Source of the DNA: an uncultured Halanaerobiales bacterium
GTDB taxonomy: Bacteria; Bacillota; Halanaerobiia; Halanaerobiales; M55B127
NCBI GenBank assembly: GCA_964430875.1
Contig: CAYSHP010000002.1
Span: forward strand, 1,750 to 65,749
Length of the DNA: 64,000 nucleotides
Reading direction: 5' to 3'
The notes beneath the pieces were generated by a model, which was not told where the DNA came from, made no database searches, and worked only from the letters and a program-made list of their open reading frames with translations. This document shows positions 26,642 to 35,508 of this stretch, piece after piece. The number at the start of each line of letters is the position of its first letter. Positions within the stretch are counted from its first letter, which is position 1. The position numbers and the translations under genes are program-made.

Positions 26642-27589
26642 ATGAGAATTAAGAAAAGAACAAGTATAATTACATTATCCATAATTTTAACAATACTTAT
26701 TATTAGTGGAGGGGTGTTTGCCCAAGAGTTTCCTGTTACCATCACTGATGGATTAGGATCTGAAGTAACAATAGAAGAAAAACCATTAAAGATTATCTCT
26801 CTTTCCCCACAAACTACAGAAAACCTATTTGCGGTAGGAGCAGGTGAAAATGTAATAGGTGTGACAACCTATGCTGATTATCCAGAAGCAGCCACTAAAG
26901 TAGATAAAATTGGTACCATAACAGAACCTAATATTGAAAAGATTGTTGCTATGGAACCTGATTTAGTGATCGCGGCATCAGTTAATAAGATGGAAACAAT
27001 AAATAGATTAAAAGAACTAAATATTAAAGTGGCCGGATTTAGTGCAAATAGTGTTGATACTGCCATTGAAAATATTAAAAAAATAGGTGAAATAACAGGA
27101 AATCAAGATACAGCAGAAAAGTTAACTGCAGATATGTATATAAAGATATCTGAGATGAAAGATTTAATAGATAAAAAGTTAAGTAATAATGATAGACCAA
27201 AGGTCTTTTATGAATTATGGAGTGATCCCCTATATACAGCTGGAGTGGATAATTTTATTGATGATTTAATTCATATGGCTGGTGGATATAATATAGGCCG
27301 TTTGGCAGAAACTCAATGGCCTCAGTTCAGTCTAGAAAAACTGCTGGTTGAAGACCCCGAAGTCTATATCTCAACACCCCATAGTGCTGAGATGAAGGTT
27401 TCTAAAGAAAGTATCAAAAATAGAGAAAGGTTTAAAAATATTGCAGCTATTAAAAACAACAGAGTTTATATCATCGATCAAAATATATTAAACCGGGCTT
27501 CACCAAGATTACTTAAAGGCCTATCTCAATTAACAATGGCAATTTGGCCTGATTTAGAAGCAGAAGTAAAACAAATTATAGAAAAATAA
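26642..27589 (+). CDS. Periplasmic-binding-protein-type ABC substrate-binding protein (BtuF/Fe-siderophore class)
   Basis: 315 aa. Signal peptide/TM at the N-terminus, IISLSPQTTENLFAVGAGENVIGV and PDLVIA are PF01497-type motifs. It is the last gene of the riboswitch-controlled operon, and no permease or ATPase gene is adjacent. Confidence 0.75.
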   Translation: MRIKKRTSIITLSIILTILIISGGVFAQEFPVTITDGLGSEVTIEEKPLKIISLSPQTTENLFAVGAGENVIGVTTYADYPEAATKVDKIGTITEPNIEKIVAMEPDLVIAASVNKMETINRLKELNIKVAGFSANSVDTAIENIKKIGEITGNQDTAEKLTADMYIKISEMKDLIDKKLSNNDRPKVFYELWSDPLYTAGVDNFIDDLIHMAGGYNIGRLAETQWPQFSLEKLLVEDPEVYISTPHSAEMKVSKESIKNRERFKNIAAIKNNRVYIIDQNILNRASPRLLKGLSQLTMAIWPDLEAEVKQIIEK

Positions 27590-27606
27590 TTAAGAATTAA
27601 GTAAGA

Positions 27607-27641
27607 TTAACCCTCACTTATGGTGGGGGTTAATTTATTTT
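27607..27641 (+). terminator. Rho-independent terminator of the cob operon
   Basis: TTAACCCTCAC / GTGGGGGTTAA forms an 11-bp stem with one G-U pair and a 5-nt loop, followed by TTTATTTT. Confidence 0.85.
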
Positions 27642-27666
27642 ACCACTATTTAATAGCTATCTTTAA

Positions 27667-27695
27667 TTGATATAGTATAGGTTTTCAATTATAAT
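27667..27695 (+). promoter_or_regulatory. Sigma-70-type promoter ahead of cobC and the envelope cluster
   Basis: TTGATA (27667-27672), 17-nt spacer, TATAAT (27690-27695). Confidence 0.6.
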
Positions 27696-27728
27696 AATAA
27701 AAGAAAACAAAAATAAGAAGGTGTAATT

Positions 27729-28337
27729 ATGCCAACTGAAATAGTTCTGGTTAGACATGGTGAAACAGAATGGAATAAAAACTCTCGATATCAGGGAGTG
27801 ATGGACGTAGATTTAAATGAGAAAGGTCAAAAGCAGGCTCAACAGCTTTATGAATTCTTAAAAGACGAAGAGTTTGATACTATTTATAGTAGTACTTTAA
27901 AAAGAGCTTATGAAACAATACAAGATATAGCAAAATATCAAAATAAAGAAGTTATTACAATTGCTGACCTGATGGAAATTGATTTTGGTAAGTGGGAAGG
28001 TTTGACTTTTTCTGAAATAGAAAAAGACTATCCAGATTTAGCAAAAAAATGGGCTAAGGATCCCACCTGCTGTAAACCACCGGAAGGTGAGCATATCAAA
28101 GAAGTGGAACAAAGAGTGGGTAAAACCATTGATAAGATTGTTGATGATAATCCAGACCAAAAGATTTTAATCGCTACCCATGGTGGTATTGTTAGGATCG
28201 TCTTTGCTTATTTATTAGATTTACCTTTAAGCAGAATATTTAGTATTGAGGTGGAGAATGTTTCTATTTCCCGAATTAAGTTTTATAAACATTACCCGGT
28301 AGTTAAGTTATTAAATAGTACTTATCATTTAGAATAA
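27729..28337 (+). CDS. cobC: Histidine-phosphatase-family protein, alpha-ribazole phosphatase type
   Basis: 202 aa. LVRHGETEWN catalytic motif and ATHGG. It is adjacent to the cob operon but lies behind its own promoter. Confidence 0.7.
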   Translation: MPTEIVLVRHGETEWNKNSRYQGVMDVDLNEKGQKQAQQLYEFLKDEEFDTIYSSTLKRAYETIQDIAKYQNKEVITIADLMEIDFGKWEGLTFSEIEKDYPDLAKKWAKDPTCCKPPEGEHIKEVEQRVGKTIDKIVDDNPDQKILIATHGGIVRIVFAYLLDLPLSRIFSIEVENVSISRIKFYKHYPVVKLLNSTYHLE

Positions 28338-28343
28338 TAGAGG

Positions 28344-29594
28344 ATGATTTCTTTGCTTGATATTATATTGACTTCTAATAGCCCCGGTGAAGTTTCTGCC
28401 TGGGTTAAACCAGTAGTCAAGAAATTAAATGAATTAAATATAGATAAAAATATTTATGTCTTTACCCCACCCTGTGTTTTTTCTAGTGGGAATGAAGGGC
28501 GCGTTTTATCTAAATTAAAGGGGATTACTGCTTCCTTTAATAGTAGAGAGTATTTGAAATATGTTCTATTAAATATAAAACCTAATAATTTTAATCCTGC
28601 TAAACAAGGTTTTGTCCTTTTTTTAGGAGGAGACTTTATGCATGCTGTATTTTTAGGCAAAAGGTTAAACTATCCTATATATTCATATACCGAACGGGAT
28701 TTTGGATTTAAAAATAGTGTAAGAAGATTTTATTTGTCTGATAAATCTATGTATGATAAATTAAAAAATGATGGTGTAAATCCTCATAAATTAAAAACAG
28801 TGGGCAATTTAATGTATGATTCAGTTGATCCTCAACTGTCTAAAAAAGAGACCCATAATATATTAAATAAAGCTGATGATGAAATTTTAATTAATTTACT
28901 GCCCGGTAGTAGGCCGAAAGAGTTTAATTTTGCCCTACCTCTATTTTTGAATTTTGCAGTAGATATTTCTAAAAAAGATAAAAAATATAAGTTTGTTATT
29001 AGTAAAGCACCTTTTATTGACGATAAAGATATTGAAAAAATATTAGAGGATGCAAGAATAAAGGGACAAGCAAAGTATAATAGTGAAGATAAAATAATTA
29101 ATATTAATGGCTTAGAGATCCAAATCCATGATAAGAATCTACAGAGTATAATGAGAGATTCAGATTTTGCTTTGACTATACCCGGCACTAATAATTTAGA
29201 ACTAGCTGTCTTAAAGACCCCAATGTTGGTTGTTTTACCTTTGAATAAACCAGAATTGATCCCTTTACCTGGTTTAATCGGTATTATAGGTGAAATTCCC
29301 ATCTTGGGTAAATTTTTAAAAAGAAAAGCAATACCTAAAATGGCAGCTAAAAGGGAATTTATTTCTTTGGTAAATCTAATTGAACATAGAAAGATAGTAC
29401 CTGAACTAAAAGGGAATCTTAATAGTGAAATGTTAGCTAAAGAAGTTTTTCGTATTTTTGAAAATAATGATTTAAAAGATATAAAAGAAAGATATAATCA
29501 GCTTTTAATTGAAAAAGGTGCAGCTGATAAAATTGTAAAAGATATTATGCAGGATTTAAATAATAATTTTTATAAATTAGGTAAGGGGCAGTAA
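28344..29594 (+). CDS. LpxB-related (GT19-like, GT-B fold) glycosyltransferase, function unknown
   Basis: 416 aa. Its layout resembles lipid-A-disaccharide synthase: N-terminal SNSPGEVSA (LpxB has GEPSGD), FLGGDFMHAVFLGKRLNYPIYSY (LpxB has DYPGFNLRLAK..GIPV.YY) and TIPGTNNLELA. The assignment is tentative. TTG 28353 is an alternative start. Confidence 0.4.
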   Translation: MISLLDIILTSNSPGEVSAWVKPVVKKLNELNIDKNIYVFTPPCVFSSGNEGRVLSKLKGITASFNSREYLKYVLLNIKPNNFNPAKQGFVLFLGGDFMHAVFLGKRLNYPIYSYTERDFGFKNSVRRFYLSDKSMYDKLKNDGVNPHKLKTVGNLMYDSVDPQLSKKETHNILNKADDEILINLLPGSRPKEFNFALPLFLNFAVDISKKDKKYKFVISKAPFIDDKDIEKILEDARIKGQAKYNSEDKIININGLEIQIHDKNLQSIMRDSDFALTIPGTNNLELAVLKTPMLVVLPLNKPELIPLPGLIGIIGEIPILGKFLKRKAIPKMAAKREFISLVNLIEHRKIVPELKGNLNSEMLAKEVFRIFENNDLKDIKERYNQLLIEKGAADKIVKDIMQDLNNNFYKLGKGQ

Positions 29595-29596
29595 AG

Positions 29597-30634
29597 ATGC
29601 TTAAAAGTATTTTTTTGATAGGTTTTATTCCGATTTCTCTTCTGTTTTTATTAACATTAGCTGTATACCTATATTATATGAGAAGAGCTGAGAAGATAGA
29701 AGAAAAAGTAAGTAAAAGAAAATTAAAAAGTGAAAGTGAATATGATAACTTTACAGTAAACAATCCTTATAAATATGACGGAGAATACTATAAAGCTCAG
29801 CTGCATGCTCATACTCAAGAAAGTGATGGGAAAATTGCAGTAGCTGATTTAATAAAAAGTTATAAAAAGAAGGATTACAATTTTTTGGCTATAACCGACC
29901 ATAACAAGATTACAATAAATAAAGATTTTGATGAGGAAAGCTTTATCACAATTTCCGGTGAAGAATTAACGATTATAAATCCTTTCTGGCCATTGGGGAG
30001 GCATTTAAACAGATTATTTATTAATAGCAAAACTAATAAAAATAGGTTACAAGATGTTGATAAGATATTAGATGGTGAGGGGATTAATATAATAAATCAT
30101 CCTGCTACGATCAGTGGTCTGGGTACTCAGCGTTGGGATATTGACTTTTTGTTAAATTTAAATAATATTAGCTTTATTGAAATTGCCAATCATTTTTCTA
30201 AGGAAAGTTCAAATATTAAATATTGGCATATTTTGTTAAATAAATATGGTTATCAAAAGCCGATTTGGGCTTTGGCAGTAGATGATGCCCATCGTTTAGA
30301 AGATATAGATCAAAATTGGATTATGGTAAAGACGAATAACATATCAGCTAATGAACTTAAAGATGCATTAAAAAGAGGTAGTTTTTATGGGACCCAGGGT
30401 CCTAAAGCTAATTTTAATGTCCAGGATAATATAATAACTGTTAACTTAGATAAAGAATATGAAATAAAATTTATCAATGCTGGAAAAAAAGTAGTTAAAA
30501 AGGTAAATTCCAAGCATAATAGTTATGAAGTTCAAGGAGATGAAGGTTTTATAAGAATAGAAGTAATAGATCACGAAAACAAACAAAAACTATGGTCACA
30601 GCCATTTTGGTTGGCAGAAAAAGATGAGGTGTAA
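29597..30634 (+). CDS. Membrane-anchored PHP-domain metal-dependent phosphoesterase
   Basis: 345 aa. N-terminal TM helix (IFLIGFIPISLLFLLTLAVYLYY), then PHP motifs QLHAHTQESDGK and AITDHN, and later INHP and DDAH. Confidence 0.65.
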   Translation: MLKSIFLIGFIPISLLFLLTLAVYLYYMRRAEKIEEKVSKRKLKSESEYDNFTVNNPYKYDGEYYKAQLHAHTQESDGKIAVADLIKSYKKKDYNFLAITDHNKITINKDFDEESFITISGEELTIINPFWPLGRHLNRLFINSKTNKNRLQDVDKILDGEGINIINHPATISGLGTQRWDIDFLLNLNNISFIEIANHFSKESSNIKYWHILLNKYGYQKPIWALAVDDAHRLEDIDQNWIMVKTNNISANELKDALKRGSFYGTQGPKANFNVQDNIITVNLDKEYEIKFINAGKKVVKKVNSKHNSYEVQGDEGFIRIEVIDHENKQKLWSQPFWLAEKDEV

Positions 30635-30636
30635 GG

Positions 30637-32247
30637 ATGTTAAATATAAAGCAGTGGCAGAACTGGCAGATAATCTTACTTATTTTAATCATATTATTCC
30701 CCCTTTATTCAATTAATTTAGGTGTTAATTCTCTTTGGGACCTAGATGAAGGGGTTTATTCTGAAATGTCGCGGGAAATGCTGCTTAGGGATGATTTTAT
30801 TAATACATATTTTAATTACAGTCCTCGTTTTGACAAACCCCCTTTAGTTTTATGGGTGACTGCATTTTTTTATAGTATTTTTGGAGTTAGTGAATTAACT
30901 ACTAGAATTGGACTTGTTATATTTAGCTTTTTAAATATTACTGTTTTATATTATTTTGCTGATCTTTTGTTTAATAGAAGAACTGCTATTATAGCCAGTA
31001 TTATTTTAGGGACAAGTTTTCAATATGTAATTCAATCAAGAATTTTATACATGGATGTCCCGCTTACTTTATTTATTACAGCTAGTTTAATATTATTTTA
31101 TCTAGGTTTTAATAGAGATCGGAAATATTATATTTTCATGGGTATATCCTTAGCCTTGGGAACCTTAGTGAAAGGGCCTATTGCAATAGGTTTACCGGGA
31201 TTAATTGTTTTATTTTATATTGGACCTATTAACTTATTTAAGGAGTTTAAATACAGTAAGACCTGGCTTGCTACTTTAGTCTATTTTATAGTAGCATTAC
31301 CCTGGCATATTTTAGTATATCTTAACCACGGCAATCAATTTCTAGCAGATTATTTTGGATATCATATGATAACTCGTTTTTCGACTGCTATTGAAACCCA
31401 CGGTGGCCCTTGGTATTATTACATATTTATTTTATTTTTAGGAATATTTCCCTGGAGTGCTTTTATTCCCTGGCTTTTTCCCATGATTAAAAACAGTTGG
31501 CAAACACATAAAGATAAATATAAATTATTAATAAGTTGGATCTTAGTAATATTTATTTTCTTTAGTATTGCAAGTACTAAACTGCCGGGCTATATTTTAC
31601 CTACTTACCCTGCTTTTGCAATTCTAATTGCAGCATGGTGGGATAAATTATTAAAATCGAGTACTAATATTAAAAAGTTTTTGACATCTAATTCGATAAT
31701 ACTTTTAATTGGAATCTTAATGTTAGTGGGCCTAAATTATATTAGGCCGATGGTGGAAAATGAACTTAGTGAGTATATTGAAGTCTTAGATATATTGATA
31801 TATTTTCCAATCATATTTATTGTAGGTGGAATCATAAGTTTTTCTGTATATTTTTGGAAAGAGAAAAAATTAAGAGCCCTTTTGACTTATATATTAATAG
31901 GGTATATTTCATTGTTAATGATAATAACAATGGTTTTACCCTTAGCTGATGAGTTTAAACCTGCCAAAACTTTAGCTGAATCATTACCTAATAATTTAGC
32001 AAGTAATACAAAAGTGGTTAGTTCACTTGAAATGGAACCGGCTAGTTTGGTATTTTATTCTAAGACAGAGGTAAAGTATATTAGAGATGTAAAAAAATTA
32101 GAAAATTATTTAAAAACAAATAAAGCAGTTTATGCTTATGTTGATAAAAAAGACTATCAGGAAATTAAAAACAATATTGATTATCTTGAGATAATAAAAG
32201 AATATAAAGATATGAAGGTTATTAAAAACTTTAGAGGGGATAAATAG
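30637..32247 (+). CDS. ArnT/PMT-like polytopic glycosyltransferase (GT39/GT83 family)
   Basis: 536 aa with about 12 TM helices. First-loop motif LWDLDEGVYSEMSREM...FDKPPL is typical of ArnT-like lipid-linked-sugar transferases. Confidence 0.8.
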   Translation: MLNIKQWQNWQIILLILIILFPLYSINLGVNSLWDLDEGVYSEMSREMLLRDDFINTYFNYSPRFDKPPLVLWVTAFFYSIFGVSELTTRIGLVIFSFLNITVLYYFADLLFNRRTAIIASIILGTSFQYVIQSRILYMDVPLTLFITASLILFYLGFNRDRKYYIFMGISLALGTLVKGPIAIGLPGLIVLFYIGPINLFKEFKYSKTWLATLVYFIVALPWHILVYLNHGNQFLADYFGYHMITRFSTAIETHGGPWYYYIFILFLGIFPWSAFIPWLFPMIKNSWQTHKDKYKLLISWILVIFIFFSIASTKLPGYILPTYPAFAILIAAWWDKLLKSSTNIKKFLTSNSIILLIGILMLVGLNYIRPMVENELSEYIEVLDILIYFPIIFIVGGIISFSVYFWKEKKLRALLTYILIGYISLLMIITMVLPLADEFKPAKTLAESLPNNLASNTKVVSSLEMEPASLVFYSKTEVKYIRDVKKLENYLKTNKAVYAYVDKKDYQEIKNNIDYLEIIKEYKDMKVIKNFRGDK

Positions 32248-32249
32248 CT

Positions 32250-33209
32250 ATGAATAAAGATATTTCTATTGTAGTTCCTATATATTATGAAGAAGAAAAT
32301 ATTTTTCCTTTATATGAAAGGCTCAAAGAAGTAGTAGCAAATGAGATGGGTCTTGATTATGAAATTATATTTATTAATGACGGTAGTAAAGATGATTCGG
32401 TTAAAAATATAAAAAAATTAAGAGAGCAAGATGATGGTATTAAATTAATTAACTTTTCCCGTAATTTTGGTCATCAGGTAGCTGTAACAGCGGGCTTAGA
32501 ACATACAAATGGGGAAGTTTCTGTTATTATAGATGCAGATTTACAGGACCCCCCTGAACTTATAATTGATATGTATGAGAAATATAAAGAGGGTTATGAT
32601 GTAGTGTATGCTAAAAGAAAAAGTAGAGCAGGAGAAAGCTTTTTCAAAAAGAAAACTGCTAAAGTATTTTATAGGTTATTAGATTTTATTTCTGAAGTGG
32701 ATATCCCCTTAGATACCGGGGATTATCGATTAATTAGTAAAAGAGTTGTTGCCCAATTAAATAATATGACTGAAAAAAATCGCTTTATCAGGGGTTTAGT
32801 TACCTGGGTAGGTTTTAAACAGACCTATGTTGAATATAATCGTGATGAAAGATATGCTGGTGAAACTGGTTATTCCTTATCTAAAATGATTAAATTTTCT
32901 CTTGATGGAATCACCTCTTTTTCTACATTTCCGCTCAAAATAGCTACTATATTTGGGACTTTAATTTCAGGTGTCAGTTTTATATATATTCTAAGAATCA
33001 TTTATCTAAAATATTTTACGGAAAAGACTATTCAGGGCTGGAGTTCTATAATGGTATCTAATCTATTTTTAGGTGGGATTATATTATTAACTTTAGGGAT
33101 TTTAGGTGAATATATAGGAAGAATTTATACTGAACTTAAAAACAGGCCTCAATATATAATTAAAGACAAATATGGTTTTAGTGAGGAAGAAAAAGATGCG
33201 GAAAGATGA
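32250..33209 (+). CDS. GT2 polyprenyl-phosphate glycosyltransferase (ArnC/GtrB/DPM1-like)
   Basis: 319 aa. ISIVVPIYYEEENI, IFINDGSKDDS, DADLQDPPE and two C-terminal TM helices. Confidence 0.85.
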   Translation: MNKDISIVVPIYYEEENIFPLYERLKEVVANEMGLDYEIIFINDGSKDDSVKNIKKLREQDDGIKLINFSRNFGHQVAVTAGLEHTNGEVSVIIDADLQDPPELIIDMYEKYKEGYDVVYAKRKSRAGESFFKKKTAKVFYRLLDFISEVDIPLDTGDYRLISKRVVAQLNNMTEKNRFIRGLVTWVGFKQTYVEYNRDERYAGETGYSLSKMIKFSLDGITSFSTFPLKIATIFGTLISGVSFIYILRIIYLKYFTEKTIQGWSSIMVSNLFLGGIILLTLGILGEYIGRIYTELKNRPQYIIKDKYGFSEEEKDAER

Positions 33210-33582
33210 TTTAATAAAATTCATTAAGTTTTCAATTGTAGGTGTCTCCAATACTTTAGTTTCTCTGGTTTTATTTTATATTTTATTTGAATTTTTAGGA
33301 GTATACTACATTATTGCCAGTACTTTAGGTTATATAGTTGGTTTAATAAATAGTTATTTTTGGAATTTGAGGTGGACATTTAGACATCGACATTCAGCGG
33401 GAGTATTAGTTAAATTCATTATAGTAAATGTTATTGCTTTAAGTTTAAAGCTAACTATAATATCAATTTTAGTAGAAAGTTTTCTAATGCCAGAATTGTT
33501 TGCTGAAATTATCGCAATGGGTTTTGCTATAGTAGTTAATTTTGGAGGTAATAGATTCTGGACTTTTAGCAAAAATAATTAA
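33196..33582 (+). CDS. GtrA-family membrane protein
   Basis: The track ORF starts at 33172. The ATG at 33196 follows SD GTGAGGAAG. It has four TM helices, the N-terminal FIKFSIVGVSNTLV and the C-terminal NFGGNRFWTF GtrA signature. Confidence 0.85.
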   Translation: MRKDDLIKFIKFSIVGVSNTLVSLVLFYILFEFLGVYYIIASTLGYIVGLINSYFWNLRWTFRHRHSAGVLVKFIIVNVIALSLKLTIISILVESFLMPELFAEIIAMGFAIVVNFGGNRFWTFSKNN

Positions 33583-33631
33583 GTTGTATTTTATTCTTAA
33601 CAATAATTAAATTGTAATATTTAAAAATACT

Positions 33632-33672
33632 AAGGCAGCTAGTTTGCTGGGCTGTCTTATTATTATTTTATT
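33632..33672 (+). terminator. Candidate terminator after gtrA
   Basis: AAGGCAGC / GCTGTCTT forms an 8-bp stem with one G-U pair and an 11-nt loop, followed by a T-rich tract. Confidence 0.45.
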
Positions 33673-33734
33673 CTCAGTTTTGATTTTTTTTATTATAATA
33701 TGCAATCATATAAATTATTTAACAGATTAATCGA

Positions 33735-33763
33735 TTGAGGTTATTCCAGATATATTATATAAT
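33735..33763 (+). promoter_or_regulatory. Sigma-70-type promoter of the ABC exporter gene
   Basis: TTGAGG (33735-33740), 17-nt spacer, TATAAT (33758-33763). Confidence 0.6.
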
Positions 33764-33783
33764 GTCTTTTGGAGGTATTGAAA

Positions 33784-35508
33784 TTGAAAGCTTATAAAAA
33801 ATTATTCAGATATATGAAACCATATATGGGGAAATTAATTGGAGGATTTATAAGCCTAATCCTGGTAGGGATAATAGGTTTATTAATACCCTGGTTATTT
33901 AAATTTTTAATAGATGATGTTCTTATTGCTGGTAATGAATTAATATTAAATTACATAGCAGCGGGTGCTGTCTTATTATATTTTTTTAAAGGTGTATTTA
34001 ATTATACCCAAAAATATTTAATTTCCGGTTTAAGCCAGCATGTTATTGTTGATTTAAGAAAAGATATCTATCAACACCTACAAAAACTATCATTAAGTTT
34101 TTTTGAGAGACAGCGCACTGGTGATTTAATGTCGAGAATAACCAATGATGTTAATGTAATTCAGACTAGTTTAACACAAGGTTTATCAAATCTTGTTTTA
34201 CAACCGCTAATGGTTATCGGAATAGTGGGATTTTTACTTTACATAGACTGGAAGTTAGCTATGGTTTCCTTTATAGTTATTCCCTTAATTTCTTTTGCAA
34301 TAAGTAAGTTTGGTTTTAAAATGAGATCGATAAGTACTAAGATTCAAAATGAAATGAGTAATGTTACTAATATTTTACAGGAAACACTTTCAGCAGTCAG
34401 AATAGTAAAAGCATTTAATAATGAAGAAAAAGAAATTCAAAAGTTTTCTAGAGCAAATGATCGCACCCTAGAAGAAAATTTAAAAGGAGTACAGGTTGAA
34501 GCCACAATTACTCCGGTTGTAGAATTGATCATTGCTATAGGATCTGCTGCTTTTTTATGGTATGGAGGTCACAAAGTACTAAGAGGAGCCATGACAACTG
34601 GTGAATTAATAACTTTCATCGGTTATATCGGACTTCTAATTAGTCCAATAAATATTTTAAGTAAAAGCTATAATCTAATGCAGAAGGCAGTAGGTGCTTC
34701 TGAAAGAATTTTTAATCTTTTAAATGTAGACGAAAAAGTTGTTGAAAAAGAAGATGCTATAGAGATGCCACCTATAAAAGGGAATGTGGAGTTTAGAGAT
34801 GTAAGTTTTAGTTATAAAAAAAGTGACGAAGTATTAAAAAATGTTAATATAGAAGCTGAGCCCGGTGAAATGGTTGCTTTTGTAGGTCATAGTGGAGCTG
34901 GAAAAACAACTTTAGTTAATTTAATACCTCGCTTTTATGATGTTGATGAGGGAGAAATTTTAATAGATGATATTAATATAAAGGATGTAAAAATTAATAC
35001 ATTACGCAAACAAATCGGTATTGTGCCCCAAGAAACTGTTCTTTTTAAAGGAACAATAGCTGAGAATATAGCTTATGGAGCAGATCATAAGTCCAGAGAA
35101 GAGATAATTGAAGCCGCTAAAAAAGCTAATGCCCATCAGTTTATTTCTGATTTTACTGATGGCTATGATACAGAAGTAGGAGAAAGGGGAGTTTCTCTTT
35201 CTGGTGGACAAAAACAAAGAATATCTATTGCGAGAGCCTTATTAACTGACCATAAAATTTTAATATTAGATGAGGCAACTTCCTCTTTAGATTTAAAATC
35301 AGAATCTTTAATTCAGGAAGCTTTAGAAAGATTAATTGAGGATAGGACCACCTTTGTTATTGCACACCGATTATCAACAGTTATTAATGCTGATAAGATT
35401 ATAGTATTAGAAGAAGGAGAGATTGTTGAAAAAGGCAAACATGAAGATTTAATTCAAAAAGAAGGTTATTATTATAATTTATATAAATCTCAATTTGCAC
35501 AGGGATGA
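33784..35508 (+). CDS. ABC transporter, fused permease/ATPase, MsbA-like lipid exporter type
   Basis: The track ORF starts at TTG 33769, inside the SD. TTG 33784 lies 8 nt after GGAGG. It has six N-terminal TM helices, Walker A GHSGAGKTT, signature LSGGQKQR and Walker B ILILDEATS. The MsbA role is inferred only from the LPS-type neighbours. Confidence 0.8.
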   Translation: MKAYKKLFRYMKPYMGKLIGGFISLILVGIIGLLIPWLFKFLIDDVLIAGNELILNYIAAGAVLLYFFKGVFNYTQKYLISGLSQHVIVDLRKDIYQHLQKLSLSFFERQRTGDLMSRITNDVNVIQTSLTQGLSNLVLQPLMVIGIVGFLLYIDWKLAMVSFIVIPLISFAISKFGFKMRSISTKIQNEMSNVTNILQETLSAVRIVKAFNNEEKEIQKFSRANDRTLEENLKGVQVEATITPVVELIIAIGSAAFLWYGGHKVLRGAMTTGELITFIGYIGLLISPINILSKSYNLMQKAVGASERIFNLLNVDEKVVEKEDAIEMPPIKGNVEFRDVSFSYKKSDEVLKNVNIEAEPGEMVAFVGHSGAGKTTLVNLIPRFYDVDEGEILIDDINIKDVKINTLRKQIGIVPQETVLFKGTIAENIAYGADHKSREEIIEAAKKANAHQFISDFTDGYDTEVGERGVSLSGGQKQRISIARALLTDHKILILDEATSSLDLKSESLIQEALERLIEDRTTFVIAHRLSTVINADKIIVLEEGEIVEKGKHEDLIQKEGYYYNLYKSQFAQG

